DNA of 64,000 bases, from NCBI GenBank assembly GCA_030704615.1, contig CM060733.1, positions 27,342,001 through 27,406,000 on the forward strand, given 5' to 3'. This document shows, piece by piece, positions 1 through 12,657 of the stretch; the first letter of the stretch is position 1, and the number at the start of each line of letters is the position of its first letter. The notes under the pieces are model-generated. The model did not search any database. It was given only the letters and a program-made list of their open reading frames with translations, and was not told the DNA's origin. A program made the translations under genes and the position numbers. The stretch comes from Takakia lepidozioides. Lineage: Eukaryota; Plantae; Bryophyta.

Positions 1-791
1 TTTTTACCAATTTTGGGTACCCAACTGTGGTAAATTGCCCCTAGAAACCTACCAAAAATCATCCAGAGATTCCAGCCTTATAGTAGTGGGCGCAGCTCAT
101 TTATGCATGACATACCAAAAAATGAGCCAAGTCCACCATGGAAATTGTGAGATTATAGCGTTGGCCCATACCTCAAATATCAGGTCCCAAAGAAAAAGTG
201 AGAAAGAAATTGGTTTGACCAAATCAAAACCCAGCTTTATCCAATTTTGCTTGCCCCAAGACCCACCATTTCCAAATCAATAGTGGAGTGGCTATGACCC
301 CACTAAATTGCACGTCCAACTGATTTTTTCACCTATGCTTGCTATTCATGCAATTACACGGGGGTTGAAATCTCAAAATTGACAAGAGAAAATGTGCCTC
401 CAAATGATTTTTCTACAAAAGTTTTGAAAGCCAATGGTGGATGTGTGTATGTAATGCTCACACACCAGATGGTAAAGTGTTTTTTCCAAAATTGCTAATT
501 TTCTGCCAAAAATGGCCTTTGGAGTGCAATCTGTTTTGGGCTTGTTTACCTGCCACGTCAGCGGTCAACAAGCCCTTTTCAGGCCCAAAACGTAAAAATG
601 AGATCTAAGATATTTTTTGTAGGTAGCAGCTTTTGTTTTTTTTTAGTTTTGTTTTTTGCATCATACTCGAGACAAATCCCTTGTCATTAAAGCTTCAGGA
701 GTGGGCCCCATCAGATTAGATCTGCAAAAACTAGGTCGAACCTCAAATTCAAAGTGACCCGATTCAGGTCACTTGGGAACTTAAGGGTTAA
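1..791. mobile_element. Possible right end of a TTAA-targeting (piggyBac-like) element
   Basis: Sequence ends ...GGGAACTTAAGGG|TTAA at 787/788-791, the canonical piggyBac-type terminus plus target. The other end and a transposase are not in the window. Confidence 0.3.
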
Positions 792-1465
792 TATGATGAG
801 ACAAACGGGTTTCGTCAGCGAAATAAATCAAGTTGAGTTTTGCCAGCAAAATTTCAAGGTATCGTCTAATGGTTTCATGGACGAAACAAAATGAGTTGTG
901 TTTGGTTTTGCGGTAAAAAGACGACATAAGGTTGGTTTATTTTGCTAACAAATTGTTACGTACTTATTGTTTTTATGGACAAACAGAGACACACGAGAGG
1001 CAATCGAGATGAATGGGAGACGACCATTGGTAGAGAGGGCACCCGCCACTAACACACGAGAGGAAACACGTTCTAAATGAAGCTGATGTGTCTAATGACG
1101 TGGAAGGTTTTGGAAGCCGCAAAGACTTCCAAGCTCTTCCGGCTAGAAGTGTCGCACAGCTCTGAAAGACTTTGTCATGACGTGAAATGTAGGGCCCACC
1201 GTCATCTTCATTCTTCCCGGAGACTTCTTTCACGCAGCTCTTTACTATGGAGATCTACACCGTCGATGGTTTCCACAAAATCAAGAAAATCCACGACGGA
1301 TCACCAATGGAATGTCTATCAACTTCCACTCGTGTGTTTGCTGTAACATCCACCCTTGCTTATGTGTCACTTTTCATTGGAAAAATGGGTGGAAGAAGGG
1401 GTGTGAGACGCTCTATTCCACTATCGCTCGTGAGAAAAAGGCCTGAATTGTGTCTAGTTTTGCAT

Positions 1466-1690
1466 ATTGCTAATTGCTACAAATGCCAACTGCACATGAA
1501 TAAATACGCAACTATTAATCAACGAAAAGTGTATCTTCGCGTGGCTTGTGCTCATGTGCTATTCACGTGAGCACAAATTGCTAATTGCTACAAGTGCCAA
1601 CTGCACATGAATAAATACGCAACTATTAATCAACGAAAAGTGTATCTTCGCGTGGCTTGTGCTCACGTGCTATTCACGTGAGCACAAATT
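1466..1690. repeat. Tandem duplication, 2 x 111 bp
   Basis: ATTGCTAATTGCTACAA...GTGAGCACAA starts at 1466 and again at 1577, nearly identical. Confidence 0.9.
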
Positions 1691-2098
1691 TCACATTTTA
1701 GTTTCGCTAAAGCATTTTTCCGAAAAACATTCTTGGAATATGTGGCATATCCTCTTCTGCTCACGTGAGTAGGCACACAGAGGCATAGGCACGAGCCTGC
1801 CCATGTGGTACCCAACCTCTTCCACGGTTGTGATAGCAAATTGTGTGATATATGCTTACATGTTTTTTGCTAAACCCTGTAATCAAACAAAAAATTCAAT
1901 ATAATTAAAAAATACTATATCAATAATTATGAAAGGTAATAGAGCTAATAAAATATTCTCAATTAAACACCAACAAACTCATGGCACTATTACCAAACAC
2001 TCAATATTATAACTAAGGCATGATATACAAGATACATCTTTGCAATTTTGGACTTAAGGTAATGAAATAGTTTTATAGGAGGCATAGAGGGCTTCCAT

Positions 2099-3288
2099 CA
2101 GTGTTGGGCGGAAATAGACTGATCCGGATACCAATGGATCCGGATCCGGAGGGTTTTTGTTATCCGGGTTTTGTTTATATCCGGCAGATATGTGAATCAA
2201 GAGATTGGATCTTATCCGCCGGATAGAATAAGGGTTTAATATCCGGAACACATCTGGATACCTGGGTCAATCAAGGGATCTCATCTGGATACAAAAGTAT
2301 GACGCCTCCTGAAGGAAGCGTAACTTATGGAGTCACTTCACCCCCGAAAGGCTACTGCCTTTCACTAGGAAGGTGGACACCTTCATGACACACCAGACCG
2401 TGGTTTGATCCCACAACCCCATCCAATGTGGTATGTGCCCATTACCACTGGGCTACATGCTGGTTGTCTTTGGATACAATAATGGATCACCTTTGTTCAC
2501 CAACTTTGAAAATCTTGAGGCTGACCCTAAAGCCCTGGCCTTGTTGCCCGTGGGAGTTGCTGGCAGTTCACACATAGCATTAAATGCATGCTTCCTACAT
2601 GTATTTCTTCTTGCCTCATCAATTTTTTGCTTTAAATGACATTGTTGGTTACTTTGTGGAGGTAGTGGAGGTAGTTTGAGTTCTTTCAAGCTCAAGCTTA
2701 AGCTTTAGCTCTTTCCTTTTCAGCTCCAGTAAAGAGAAGACTCCAGCTGAGGCTGGCGTAACTAAGAGCCACTTCGCCTTGCGGCTACTGCCCCCTTTCG
2801 AGGGTGGGCCCTATCAGCTCTAGTATTATATTTTCAGAGGCTAAGTCATAGTGAAGAATTCAAGATGTTTGCTCAATTGGCAAATAGCCATTTTCATGGT
2901 TCATTTTCCATGGTTTCTTTTCAATATGATATACAGGGCTTCCTCCCCTTTATAAAAAGAAACAAAACTTAGATTGACTTAACCATTGGTCTGAATTAAC
3001 TTGCTATCTAATTTTATTATATTTTAAAATATTTAAACTGTTTAAACTGTTTAAATATTAAATTAATAATATCATATTACCTGTATCCGGATTCTATATC
3101 CGGACCACTCTATAACCGCCGGATATTATAATATGAATATCTGGATTTATATATATCTGGCAGATTTTGAAAACACATTTTTAAGCATAATCGGCGGATA
3201 TTAGAAATTCAGATTTTGTCAATATCTGGATCTGCCAGATGCATCCCTCTTTAATTTGGCAACTATATATGAGAAAAAACTAACACTG
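2099..3288. mobile_element. Non-autonomous hAT element (related to 6878-13390)
   Basis: Starts CAGTGTTGGGCGG and ends ...TAACACTG. Subterminal ATCCGG repeats at both ends. Degenerate 8-bp TSD GCTTCCAT/GTTTTCAT. Confidence 0.7.
2300..2460 (-). mobile_element. tRNA-derived SINE-like fragment
   Basis: Minus strand reads TAGCCCAGTGGTAA (A box) and, at tRNA-like spacing, GGGATCAAACC (degenerate B box). The body resembles 2762-2815. Confidence 0.4.
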
Positions 3289-3500
3289 GTTTTCATTCAC
3301 AAGCAGCCATCAGATAACGCGAGCAACCTAAAATCTGTATGGGGGGATAACTTCTAGTGATCCTCCATGCATAAGGAACATTCGTTCCTAAGACCAAGCC
3401 CTACATAACAATTCACAGAATGGGAGCTAAAAAAACAGTTCTAATTTGTATGGGGGGACACCGCCCCCAGGATTGCAGTACTATTTTGAGTGCATAAAAA

Positions 3501-6500
3501 GGGGGGGTTGATATCACGTTAGCACAGCGGTGAGCATGCTCACGCGCGCGTGAGCACAACCCACGGTCATGGGAGTTTTATGATTTTTTAACCTCTGTCA
3601 TAGGAGTTATATGTTTTCAGAATGGAATAAAATCATAATGAGGAAGGAGGCCCTTCAAATAAAAAATATCGCACCAATTTCATGCAACGAAAACAAAATA
3701 GTTGCAGTTGCTAAAAAATACAATTTTAATGCTATTGAAATGTTATGCTAAATAGAACTTGGAAAATGTATTTGTTCTCTCGTCCAAAAATAACCAAAAC
3801 ACAATAAACAGAAAATATAGCGATATTGATTGAAATGATTTATAGGACAATATAGACAGAATAACAAATGATGATACTTTCGCTTACTGAAATTTCCTTT
3901 AACATGTACATTTGTCATTTAGATCATCAATAAAACCAGGATATTTCTTCTTGTGCCGTGAATTTTAAACTCAACTGATTCTGGATTTTTGGATTAAATC
4001 CGGACAAAACTTAATATAATTTTACATTTAAATTAAATCAAATAATTATAATATTATGAAGCAATGATTCAAAATTTAGTTTTCAAGTGAATGTGCATGA
4101 CTCCAAATTCCTTAAATGTCGACATCAAAGTCGAATGACATACATTAGACAATGCAAATAATACATATTAATAATACAACTCCAAATTCATTAAACGTCA
4201 ATATCAAAGTCGAATGATATACAAATTTAGCCAATGCAAAGGATATATACTAGCATTATAGGGATTTAGCACAAGTATCCATGAAACATCATTACCCAGT
4301 ACATGTTGTCAATTAGTCTGCTATCGAAACGTTTAAATATCTGCCATCTCTTCCATTAGCAGTTATAACCAATCACCATCATGAAGCTATAGGCCCGATG
4401 CGAAATCCCAATCGGAACCTACATCTTCCTCCCCCTTTTTGTCCTTATTTCGCTGTCAAACCCTTCATTCTATATGGAAGGTTCAAAAGGGAGCTTCACA
4501 TTTCCCCCCATGATCTTGATTTTGGGAATTCTTTTCGAATGCAACGCTGTTAGGATATGGGTAGCATTGTCGTCATCACAGGTTGGCCGGTCAAATAATG
4601 GAAGATATTACAAAGGAAAGGTTGAAGCTGGCCGCCAGTATATGTGTTCTCTCTGCGAATTGCCAAACTGGCTTCATCAAGAATGTGCAGGGTCGCAATG
4701 TCCTCACTATATAGTCCACAAACACCCTAGCCCTGAAACTAGAACATCTACACATAAGGTTGACATTCAGAAGATTGGGTGTGCATCGCACAAAAATATG
4801 TTTTTGCAAATGCCTCCGCGTAGATAGGTAGCTTGTAAAAATGAAGACTCGAACTTAGACAAAATACTTTGTTTTGTTAAAAAAAGAATATCGGTCTCGA
4901 ATCCAAATTGACTCCTGCAAAAGAGTAACCACGGATATAAATTAATGAATACTAACACATGAATACAAGGCCCGAATGCGAACTAAAAGGTATTTAAAAT
5001 CAAAACGGTACACCGAAATTAAAAAAAAATCTTACTCACATGAGAAATCCGAATCAACATTAATAAAATGTGGAAACATGTATGGAACCTATGGAACTTC
5101 TAGACATTTTTAATCGAAATAATTTCTCCAAACCAATGTATCAATGTACTCCAAAGCTATGTACATTTATTTTTTCAATGACTCGCTTCGGGATATGAGG
5201 TTTTGAGGTATTGTAGGGTTTAGGATAAGAAAAAATGTGAAAAAGGGGAAAAAAGAAACAACGGTGCATCGAACCTATAAGAACTTTCAATCAAATATCT
5301 CAACTTAGAATACATTGTACCCCAAAGTAAGAATGTGTTTTTTTAACGAGCTTCCAACATGGATATAAGGTTTTAGGAGCATAAAGTCTTAGAAAAATTA
5401 TAAGTATGAAGCACACAAAATATACAGGAAAGTTTATGACCTATAAAACCGTTCAATCAAGTAATATTTTAACCATAATTGTATTATTCCCAAAGCTTGA
5501 AAAATGATTTGAATATACTTCAAATATTTGAATGAGGTTTAGGGTATAAGAGGTTGGAGAAATAAAAGTACTATCAAGTACAAAATAAAATTGGAAGAAT
5601 GTGTAGAACATATGAGAATTTCCAAGTAAATATCCCGAGGACTCTATCATACATATAAGCTAGAATAAAATGAATCAATGAGCTTCAAATGTAGAAACTA
5701 CGTTTTAGGGTATACTAGGGTTTAGAATAAGCAAAAGTGTGAATGATACAAATAATGGGATACTGTTTAGGACTAATACAAAATTTCAATTCAATATTCC
5801 AACAACTCTTTTTTATTAGTATGCAACCCCAAAGTTATAGAAGGGGACAATCCTATGGATGCAGATAGATACAAAGATTATTGGTCCAAAAATTGGGAGT
5901 TCAACCCAATGGATCTCGCTCAATGGATTCATGTTGACAATGTAATGTGGATAATGCCGCCGAGAAAAAATACGACAAAAGCAAACACAAAAAAGAAAAC
6001 TGCTCGAGAGGCGGATAATGCTAAAGCAAATTTGGAACCAACAAATCGTCAAGATAATGAAACTAAAATGGTATGAAGCAGACAACTCTCCAACTTTCTT
6101 GATTCTTTGTAATGTTTAAAACCTCAATGACTTTGAATGATGGATAAAAAATAGTTGTTCTACTCAATTGTAATGTTGTTCATTCTTCTAGCCAAATTTG
6201 GATCACTTTCAATAAATTTTGTATGAATAAATTTTGTTAGAGTGGTTGGGATTTTCAAAAAAAACCTTTTGCTTAGTAATACTTGCAATTTTTTATATAA
6301 CCTCCTAAACATTTTTCCATTTGTTTTTGGATTGGTTTGGATTTTTTAATGACATTTTTATAGGTCCTTAATGTTATTCTTTCATAATATTTGTTTCTTA
6401 TCTAATATACTTTAACTTAGCCTAAGCCGAGTACCACAAAAATATCTTTGTAATGTTTGAAGCTTGTCACTCGGAATTAATTGTTTTTCTAACTTTGAGG

Positions 6501-6810
6501 TTGCATACTACAGTGGAATATTTAATTAAAAACTTGTATAGGTCCTAAACACTCTCCCATCACCCCTATCATTCATCCTTTTGTCGGAGACTTAACCCAA
6601 TAGCCTTAACCCTATAGCCTAAAATGTAATTGCTACATTTGAAGCTCAATTAATTACGTTTTCCAGCTTACATGTATGACAGAGTCATCGAGATGTTTAC
6701 TTGGAAATTCTTACTCTTCCATATGTTTTTTTTTACTTGAAGTACTTTTGTTTATCCGAAACCCTTTACCGCAAAACCTCATTCAAGAAGTTCATTCAAA
6801 TCAATTTTTA
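3501..6810 (+). mobile_element. Decayed copy of the GGG-terminal DUF7869/Sola-like DNA transposon family
   Basis: Left end GGGGGGGTTGATATC...GTGAGCACAACCCAC...GGGAGTTTTATG matches 37877-37965. 5840-6076 (KGDNPMDADRYKDYWSKNWEFNP..QWIHVD) is homologous to the transposase C-terminus at 32643-32916. The right boundary is uncertain. Confidence 0.55.
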
Positions 6811-7912
6811 TTTATTTTATTTTATTTTATTTTTATTTTATTTTTATTTTATTTTTTAAGGAACATGGGGTTATATCCAGTGTTGGGCGGTTACCCGCCT
6901 GGGCCCCGGGTAACCGCCGGTTCCGGTTCCGGTTATGTGGAACCGGACCGGAACCGGACCCGCCTGCGCAGAACCGGAACCGGAAATCCAGGATTGTGTG
7001 GGAACCGGAACCGGAACCGGCGGTTCCAGCTACGACCACATGTGTGGGAACCGGGTTTGGGGTTTAGGGTTCCAGTTCCGGTTCCGGTTCCACCCCTGGG
7101 CTGTAGCCCTAAGTGTCTCTACGTGCGCGGTTCATGATGCGGCGAAGCGGAAGGTAATCGGCCACGCCGTAGTGCTGCAATAGTCCCAGAAGGCCACATC
7201 ATTGGCTTGCCATCTCCATCTCACTGTGAATTCGGGCTTTGTAGCATGCGTCTGCATTGAAGGATCGGACAGGGGAGAGATGGAAGTGTGGGAGGGGCGT
7301 GTGATTTGTTTGGGTCACAACGTTTCTACTTTGTTTCGGGAGAAACAAGGCAGGGAAGGGGAGAGCGGGAGTATGATATGTTTCACGCTGTATGCCTGAT
7401 TACAGTAATGTGGATTCTGGTAGAAGCAGCTTAGGAGAGAATCCGTGTCGGACGCTTGTGTTGTGCAATACATTGGTGGGGTCGTGATTCAACTCGACCG
7501 GATTCAGGAAGAAGCAAAGGAAAACGGAACGAAGGCATGGCGGGGAGAGTGCCAGAACAGCGCCAGGTAATACTTCTGCTCAGACTGTCTCGAAGCGTAT
7601 ATAACTTGTCATTCAGTCTCTCTCCTCCATTTTCACGATGCATATATGTATGGAGTGAATGCAAGGGCAATTTCTTATGAGGATAAACGGATTCTTTACA
7701 TGAGGTTTTCCGCACCCTAAGACACAAATGCACACACCAGTCTCTTTCCTCTCTCTCGTGAGCTCCTTGGCTCCCACACCCCCTAAAACAGTGCTGGTTT
7801 TGGTTCAAGTTCTACCGTATCCTACAGGCCCTCTGGTGGTTGGCCTCCTTAGTTTCTCCCTCCTCTCTCGCAGCTTGCCTTCTCTCTCTTCTCTTTTCTC
7901 TTGTTTCTCTCG

Positions 7913-9260
7913 GCTTGTTTCTCTCGGCTTTCAGCGAAACAGGGGCTGTGTGGATCATATCTTCACTCTAAGCCAGATTATTCAGGGAAGGAAAAAAGAA
8001 GGGAAACCCACTTATGTTTTTTTCCTGGATGTCGGCAAATGTGCAGTGGTAGCATTCAACGACAGAGGAGAGGGAGGAAGTGATCTTGTGGCAGTGGGGT
8101 AGCCAAGAGATCCCGGTCCTCCCTTCCTACACTTACCTGGGCGTTGAGTTTTCCTCCGTTTGTAGTTAGGATGCACATATCCGGAAAGTTGTTCAAACTG
8201 GCAAAGGCAAAGCTCTGGGGCTCACTAAATTTTTCCACTGCAGAGGGGTCATCTCTGAGGTTAAGAAAACCATGCTTTGTCGCGTTATTAGACCTGCCTT
8301 GGAGTACGGATCTGCTATATGGGTTGATAACTCCAACCAGGCTAGAATCCATTCAAGTGGGGGTGCTTAAGGAGTGTATGTCAGCATGCTCCAAAACAGC
8401 CAATGTGGCTGTTCGGGGTGAGTTTGGCATTCCATCCTTAAGCTCCCGACGAGATGAATTCAAGGTGGGGTCAGCTGCAACATATGCCCAACACCAGATA
8501 TCCTAAGTTGATCGACTCTATATCTTGGAAACAGGACCGCCCTGTCAAACAGGCTAAGTCCTAGCAAAAGATAGTAGAAAAGATTCTCAAGGACCTGGAT
8601 CTGGATCCGCAAGTCTTGACCCTGTTGGATAAATCTGCCTTAGAGGCTGTAGTGTCTGAGGCCATGTCTGTTGCCATGAGATTGTCTGATGAAAATGAAG
8701 TTAGGCAGAGAACTTCCCTGAACTTGTTTCCAGTCAGTGACATGGGGGTGGACATCTTGGATGACCTCAAGGGTCTACCCACTCTCGGCACTAGACTGAA
8801 ATTTAAACTCAGGGCAGGAAACCTACCTTTGAACAGCAAACAGAAGCAGAGAGGAAAGGGAGAGTGCAATTGTCCGTTCTGTGGGCAATCTGAAGACAGT
8901 ATTCATTTTCTGATACGCTGTCCGGGGTTCTCTCACCAAAGAGAGGCTCTCTTCAATTTTATCAAGGGAATTGTGCCTGTACCCTTGTTTACCAACTTTG
9001 AAAGTCTCGAGGCTGAGCCAAAAGCCCAGGCCCTCCTGAGGCCTAGTTTTTGGGCAAATCACACACAGCAGATTGATGCTTGTGTGAAGGGTTTTCTAGA
9101 GGATATCTGGAAAACCCGGATTAATTCCTTATACGATGGTAAGTCTTACTACCAACGTCAGCCCCTGACGGAGGTAGGTTCTGTTCCTTTTGTTCCCGCT
9201 CAAACTGGGCGCGGGGTCAATGGCCACAAGGCTACGGCAAACAACGTCTTATGAGTACAA
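7913..9260 (+). mobile_element. 5'-truncated, internally deleted LINE inserted in the hAT element
   Basis: RT motifs GFQRNRGCVDHIF...VFFLDV and KCAVV...YTYLGV. C-terminal CPFC..ED..HFLIRC zinc motif (ORF 8616-9254). 16-bp TSD TCTCTTGTTTCTCTCG at 7897-7912 and 9261-9276. Confidence 0.85.
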
Positions 9261-10308
9261 TCTCTTGTTTCTCTCGTGGCTTCACCAGCGTGAGGTACGC
9301 CCTCTCTGAGGGAAAGGCCCCCCTGCAGGCAGGGTCTGTGTCTGGCATGGCTAATCCTGGTTAATAGGCCAGTGCAAGTTGATGCTGCAGCTTAGCCTTC
9401 CAGAACCCCCTCCCTGTCCCTCTTCACCTTCCTGTTCTGATTAATCCCACCTCGGAGAGCATGCCCCTGCCTCATAACACGAAAGATCAATGCGCTTACC
9501 CATGTGATGTTCAGAACGAGGGCCCTATGAGTAATTTGCTTATCTAGAGCGAGCAGCAAGACAAGTGTATTGACTCAGACAGCGCAAGTGCAGAATGGCC
9601 CACATCGAGTCACCTGGACAATATATTGGAGCAGCGAAGAAATAGACCAACAACTGCTGCTGCTCCCCGAAGATCAAATCGGTTGTACAGTGAGATAGAT
9701 TCTGCAGGTTTGCACCTCGCGCTGTAGTTGGTCAACAAATTTGCCACTTCTTTAGTTCACCATGAAGCTAATCAGCTTCCTCCTTTTCTGCTATGGCATG
9801 TGGTGCACAAGTTTAGGAGGACGAGCAAGGATGGCCCACCTGCAACCTGGCCCCTTGGTCCATGGTAATCATTGATCATCATTCTTTTTTTTTCTTTTTT
9901 TTTTTCCTGTTTTCTTTGATGATATACCAAGGGGCTGATAGCCCTTGCTCCATTATGGTAGATTTTATATTGGAGGGAGCACAAGCAAAGAGGGGCCCGC
10001 CAACCAGCCCACATTGATCATCACTGGTAAGTATCTTCCCTTTCTTTAAAATTTTTAATTCTTGATACAATTGGGGGTTGATGAGATAGCCCCTTTGGCT
10101 TCTGTTATAGCAGATTCTGCATGAGAGGGAGGGACCTGCCAACCAGCCACCATTACCCGCCTGTAACTCCCTTTCATTGAGCTTTATTTTTTTAGTTGTT
10201 TACATTTTTAGTTGTAAATATATGAGTTGTGCACAATTATTAAATGCCTTTTGGATTCTTTGTTTGCATTGTTTTTACACAGGAGTTGTTCCACAAGTTT
10301 TTTATGTC

Positions 10309-12657
10309 ATGGAGCCCAATATTTTCGATGAACTAGAAAGGGAAGTTGTTCCTGACATCAATGTTGATAATGAGAGAGCTTTGGTGGAGTGCCATGTTGC
10401 GGAGGATGCTCATCATGAAGCCTCATTTACATCAGCTCATCAAGCCTCGGCTGCAATGTCATCTTCCACAGTTTCGCCATCACACACGGTGTTGGATGTG
10501 GAGGCGCAGCTCCCAGTACTTGACAAACAACGGGATTTTTGGAAGCCCCACAATCGCACTGCTTCGACATGGGCATTCTATGCAACAAAAGACTCTGCTC
10601 CAGTGGACATAACAAATCCACAACAAATGAGGTGTGTTCTATGTCATCCTGTTGGTGTCACTCCTGAAAGCAAGAAGGGCATTGTGACCTATAATAAAAC
10701 CAATGGTATCTCTGCCCTTCGAAAGCATGTGGATCAAGAACATGACATTGTTTTGCGTAGGTGGATTGAGAGGGAAAATCTTGGATCTGAGAAGGCCCGT
10801 AGGCCAGTCAAAAAGAGACCCGGCCCCACTCCTGGAAACATAGCTTTTTTTTTTAGGAGCTCCACTCCATACAACCAAAATGATGATCAACAGAAGCAGT
10901 TCAATGAGGATTTAGTCTTATTCATTGCAAAGGAGTTGGTTCCACTGTCTTTGGTAGAATCCCCTTGGCTAAGAAGGATGGTGTTGAGGCAAAATCCTCG
11001 GATTGTTTTCCCTTCTCGACGGACATTTGTGAATGAGGCCATTCCAATCTTGGCAGAGAAGACGAAAGAGCGCTACATGTCCCCATCTCTTCAAAGTTGT
11101 GCTACTTGCTCCGTGAGTTTTGATTTGTGGATGTCAAGAGGGGGAACTGACACTTTTGTCATCATAGCGCACTTTATTACTGAACAGTGGGAGCAATGTC
11201 ATGTGACTCTTGGCATGTTTGAGACACCTGACACATCTGGGGCTGCCATGGCACATCAAGTCAACAATCTTCTTGTGAAGTATGGCCTCAATACTCGCAT
11301 TATTGCTTACGTCAAAGATGAGGGAGGTAACTTGGCCACTTTGACCAATGCTTTGAATTCGGTGGTCTCATGTGCGTGTTTGGGGTTGGATTCTCCATTT
11401 GTGGGTAGCTGTTTTGGGCATGCAATGTCCAAGTGTTGCCAGTATGCAACAAATGATGCAAAAGTATGCGCAGATATGAGATCGGTTTCTATAAAAAATG
11501 CCCAATCAGAGTTGCAAAAAACCATTACTTGGACCAAAAAAAGTGGCAAAGGGAGACAAGAATGGGCAAAGGCATGTGTGGACAGCGGCATTCATCCCCG
11601 CAAACTGAAGACTCCGGTGAAGACACGGTTTGCTTCCAAGGTGATCCTCTTCCAAGAGACTTTGGAGTTTAGGCAAGCCATAATCACTTGTTACTCTAGG
11701 CAAACCTCATTGGCACTGCAATCTCGCATACCAAGTCCACAAGTGTGGGCCATTGCCCAATCAATTTCTACAGTTCTAGGGCCTATGGTTCATGAGTGCA
11801 TTATGAATCAATCTGGGGGATTTTGGTTGTTGTCCGATGCTCTTAATGCAGCCATTACCACAACAATTCGCATGCGAGGAAGTAGTGCTGGGGGGGCTGC
11901 AACTGTGGATCATTGCATGGGGGATTTCTCAACAGAGTTGACATTGTTGGAATGGCGGATGGCTCGAGAGGTGGTATATGTCTTGGAACCATTTCTTTCT
12001 TTTTTGGAAGGGTTTCAATCGCGCAAAGCTCACAATATGCTCGCGCTTATGCTTGACCCACGTTACAAGGGGTTGTCATTGGTATCACAATATGTGGGCA
12101 AAGAGCGTGCTTTGCATATTGTGTCCCAATATGATAGTATGGTGTTAGAGCCTCTTTTGGTAAAGTATTTCAAGGTCTTACATCAGGATACTTCGGCCCA
12201 ATCACAGCCCACTGCCACAATGGACGAGATGTCCTTATTTGGTGTGCATGACCACAATGAAGACATGACATTGACAGTGGTGAGAGAACAACTATCACAT
12301 TTCAGAAGGACGAAGATAAATGAAGGTGAGTGCGTGGCTCCTTTGAAATGGTGGAAAGAACACGAGTCTCTCTTTCCGTATGTGGGATTTTTGGCACGGC
12401 TAATTTTGGGCATAGTTGGATCTCAGATTGGAGCTGAGAGGGTTTTTAGTATTGCAGGTGTCATAACAAACTTGAGACGGTGCAGGTTAAATATTGAAAA
12501 CCTTGATATGCTTGTGAGTGTAGTCAAGAATTGGCCAAATGATGCTAGAGTTGGTTGCTTTAGTACTTCCATGAAAGAGTTTTTGGATAGGGAAGAAGAC
12601 ATCTTAGATGAGAATGAGGACTTGATTGCAGAGGCAAACCTCTTTGAGGTAGACTGA
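10309..12657 (+). CDS. hAT transposase (BED zinc finger, DDE core, C-terminal dimerization domain), intact ORF
   Basis: Uninterrupted ORF with first ATG after an AG acceptor at 10309. Motifs CVLC...HVDQEH, SFDLW, VKDEGGN, CFGH, LDPRYK, PLKWWK, AERVFS. Confidence 0.93.
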   Translation: MEPNIFDELEREVVPDINVDNERALVECHVAEDAHHEASFTSAHQASAAMSSSTVSPSHTVLDVEAQLPVLDKQRDFWKPHNRTASTWAFYATKDSAPVDITNPQQMRCVLCHPVGVTPESKKGIVTYNKTNGISALRKHVDQEHDIVLRRWIERENLGSEKARRPVKKRPGPTPGNIAFFFRSSTPYNQNDDQQKQFNEDLVLFIAKELVPLSLVESPWLRRMVLRQNPRIVFPSRRTFVNEAIPILAEKTKERYMSPSLQSCATCSVSFDLWMSRGGTDTFVIIAHFITEQWEQCHVTLGMFETPDTSGAAMAHQVNNLLVKYGLNTRIIAYVKDEGGNLATLTNALNSVVSCACLGLDSPFVGSCFGHAMSKCCQYATNDAKVCADMRSVSIKNAQSELQKTITWTKKSGKGRQEWAKACVDSGIHPRKLKTPVKTRFASKVILFQETLEFRQAIITCYSRQTSLALQSRIPSPQVWAIAQSISTVLGPMVHECIMNQSGGFWLLSDALNAAITTTIRMRGSSAGGAATVDHCMGDFSTELTLLEWRMAREVVYVLEPFLSFLEGFQSRKAHNMLALMLDPRYKGLSLVSQYVGKERALHIVSQYDSMVLEPLLVKYFKVLHQDTSAQSQPTATMDEMSLFGVHDHNEDMTLTVVREQLSHFRRTKINEGECVAPLKWWKEHESLFPYVGFLARLILGIVGSQIGAERVFSIAGVITNLRRCRLNIENLDMLVSVVKNWPNDARVGCFSTSMKEFLDREEDILDENEDLIAEANLFEVD

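Noticed and set aside
6676-7183. ORFs rich in NRNR/GTGT/EPEP
   Set aside because: These are translations of the hAT subterminal GGAACC repeats.
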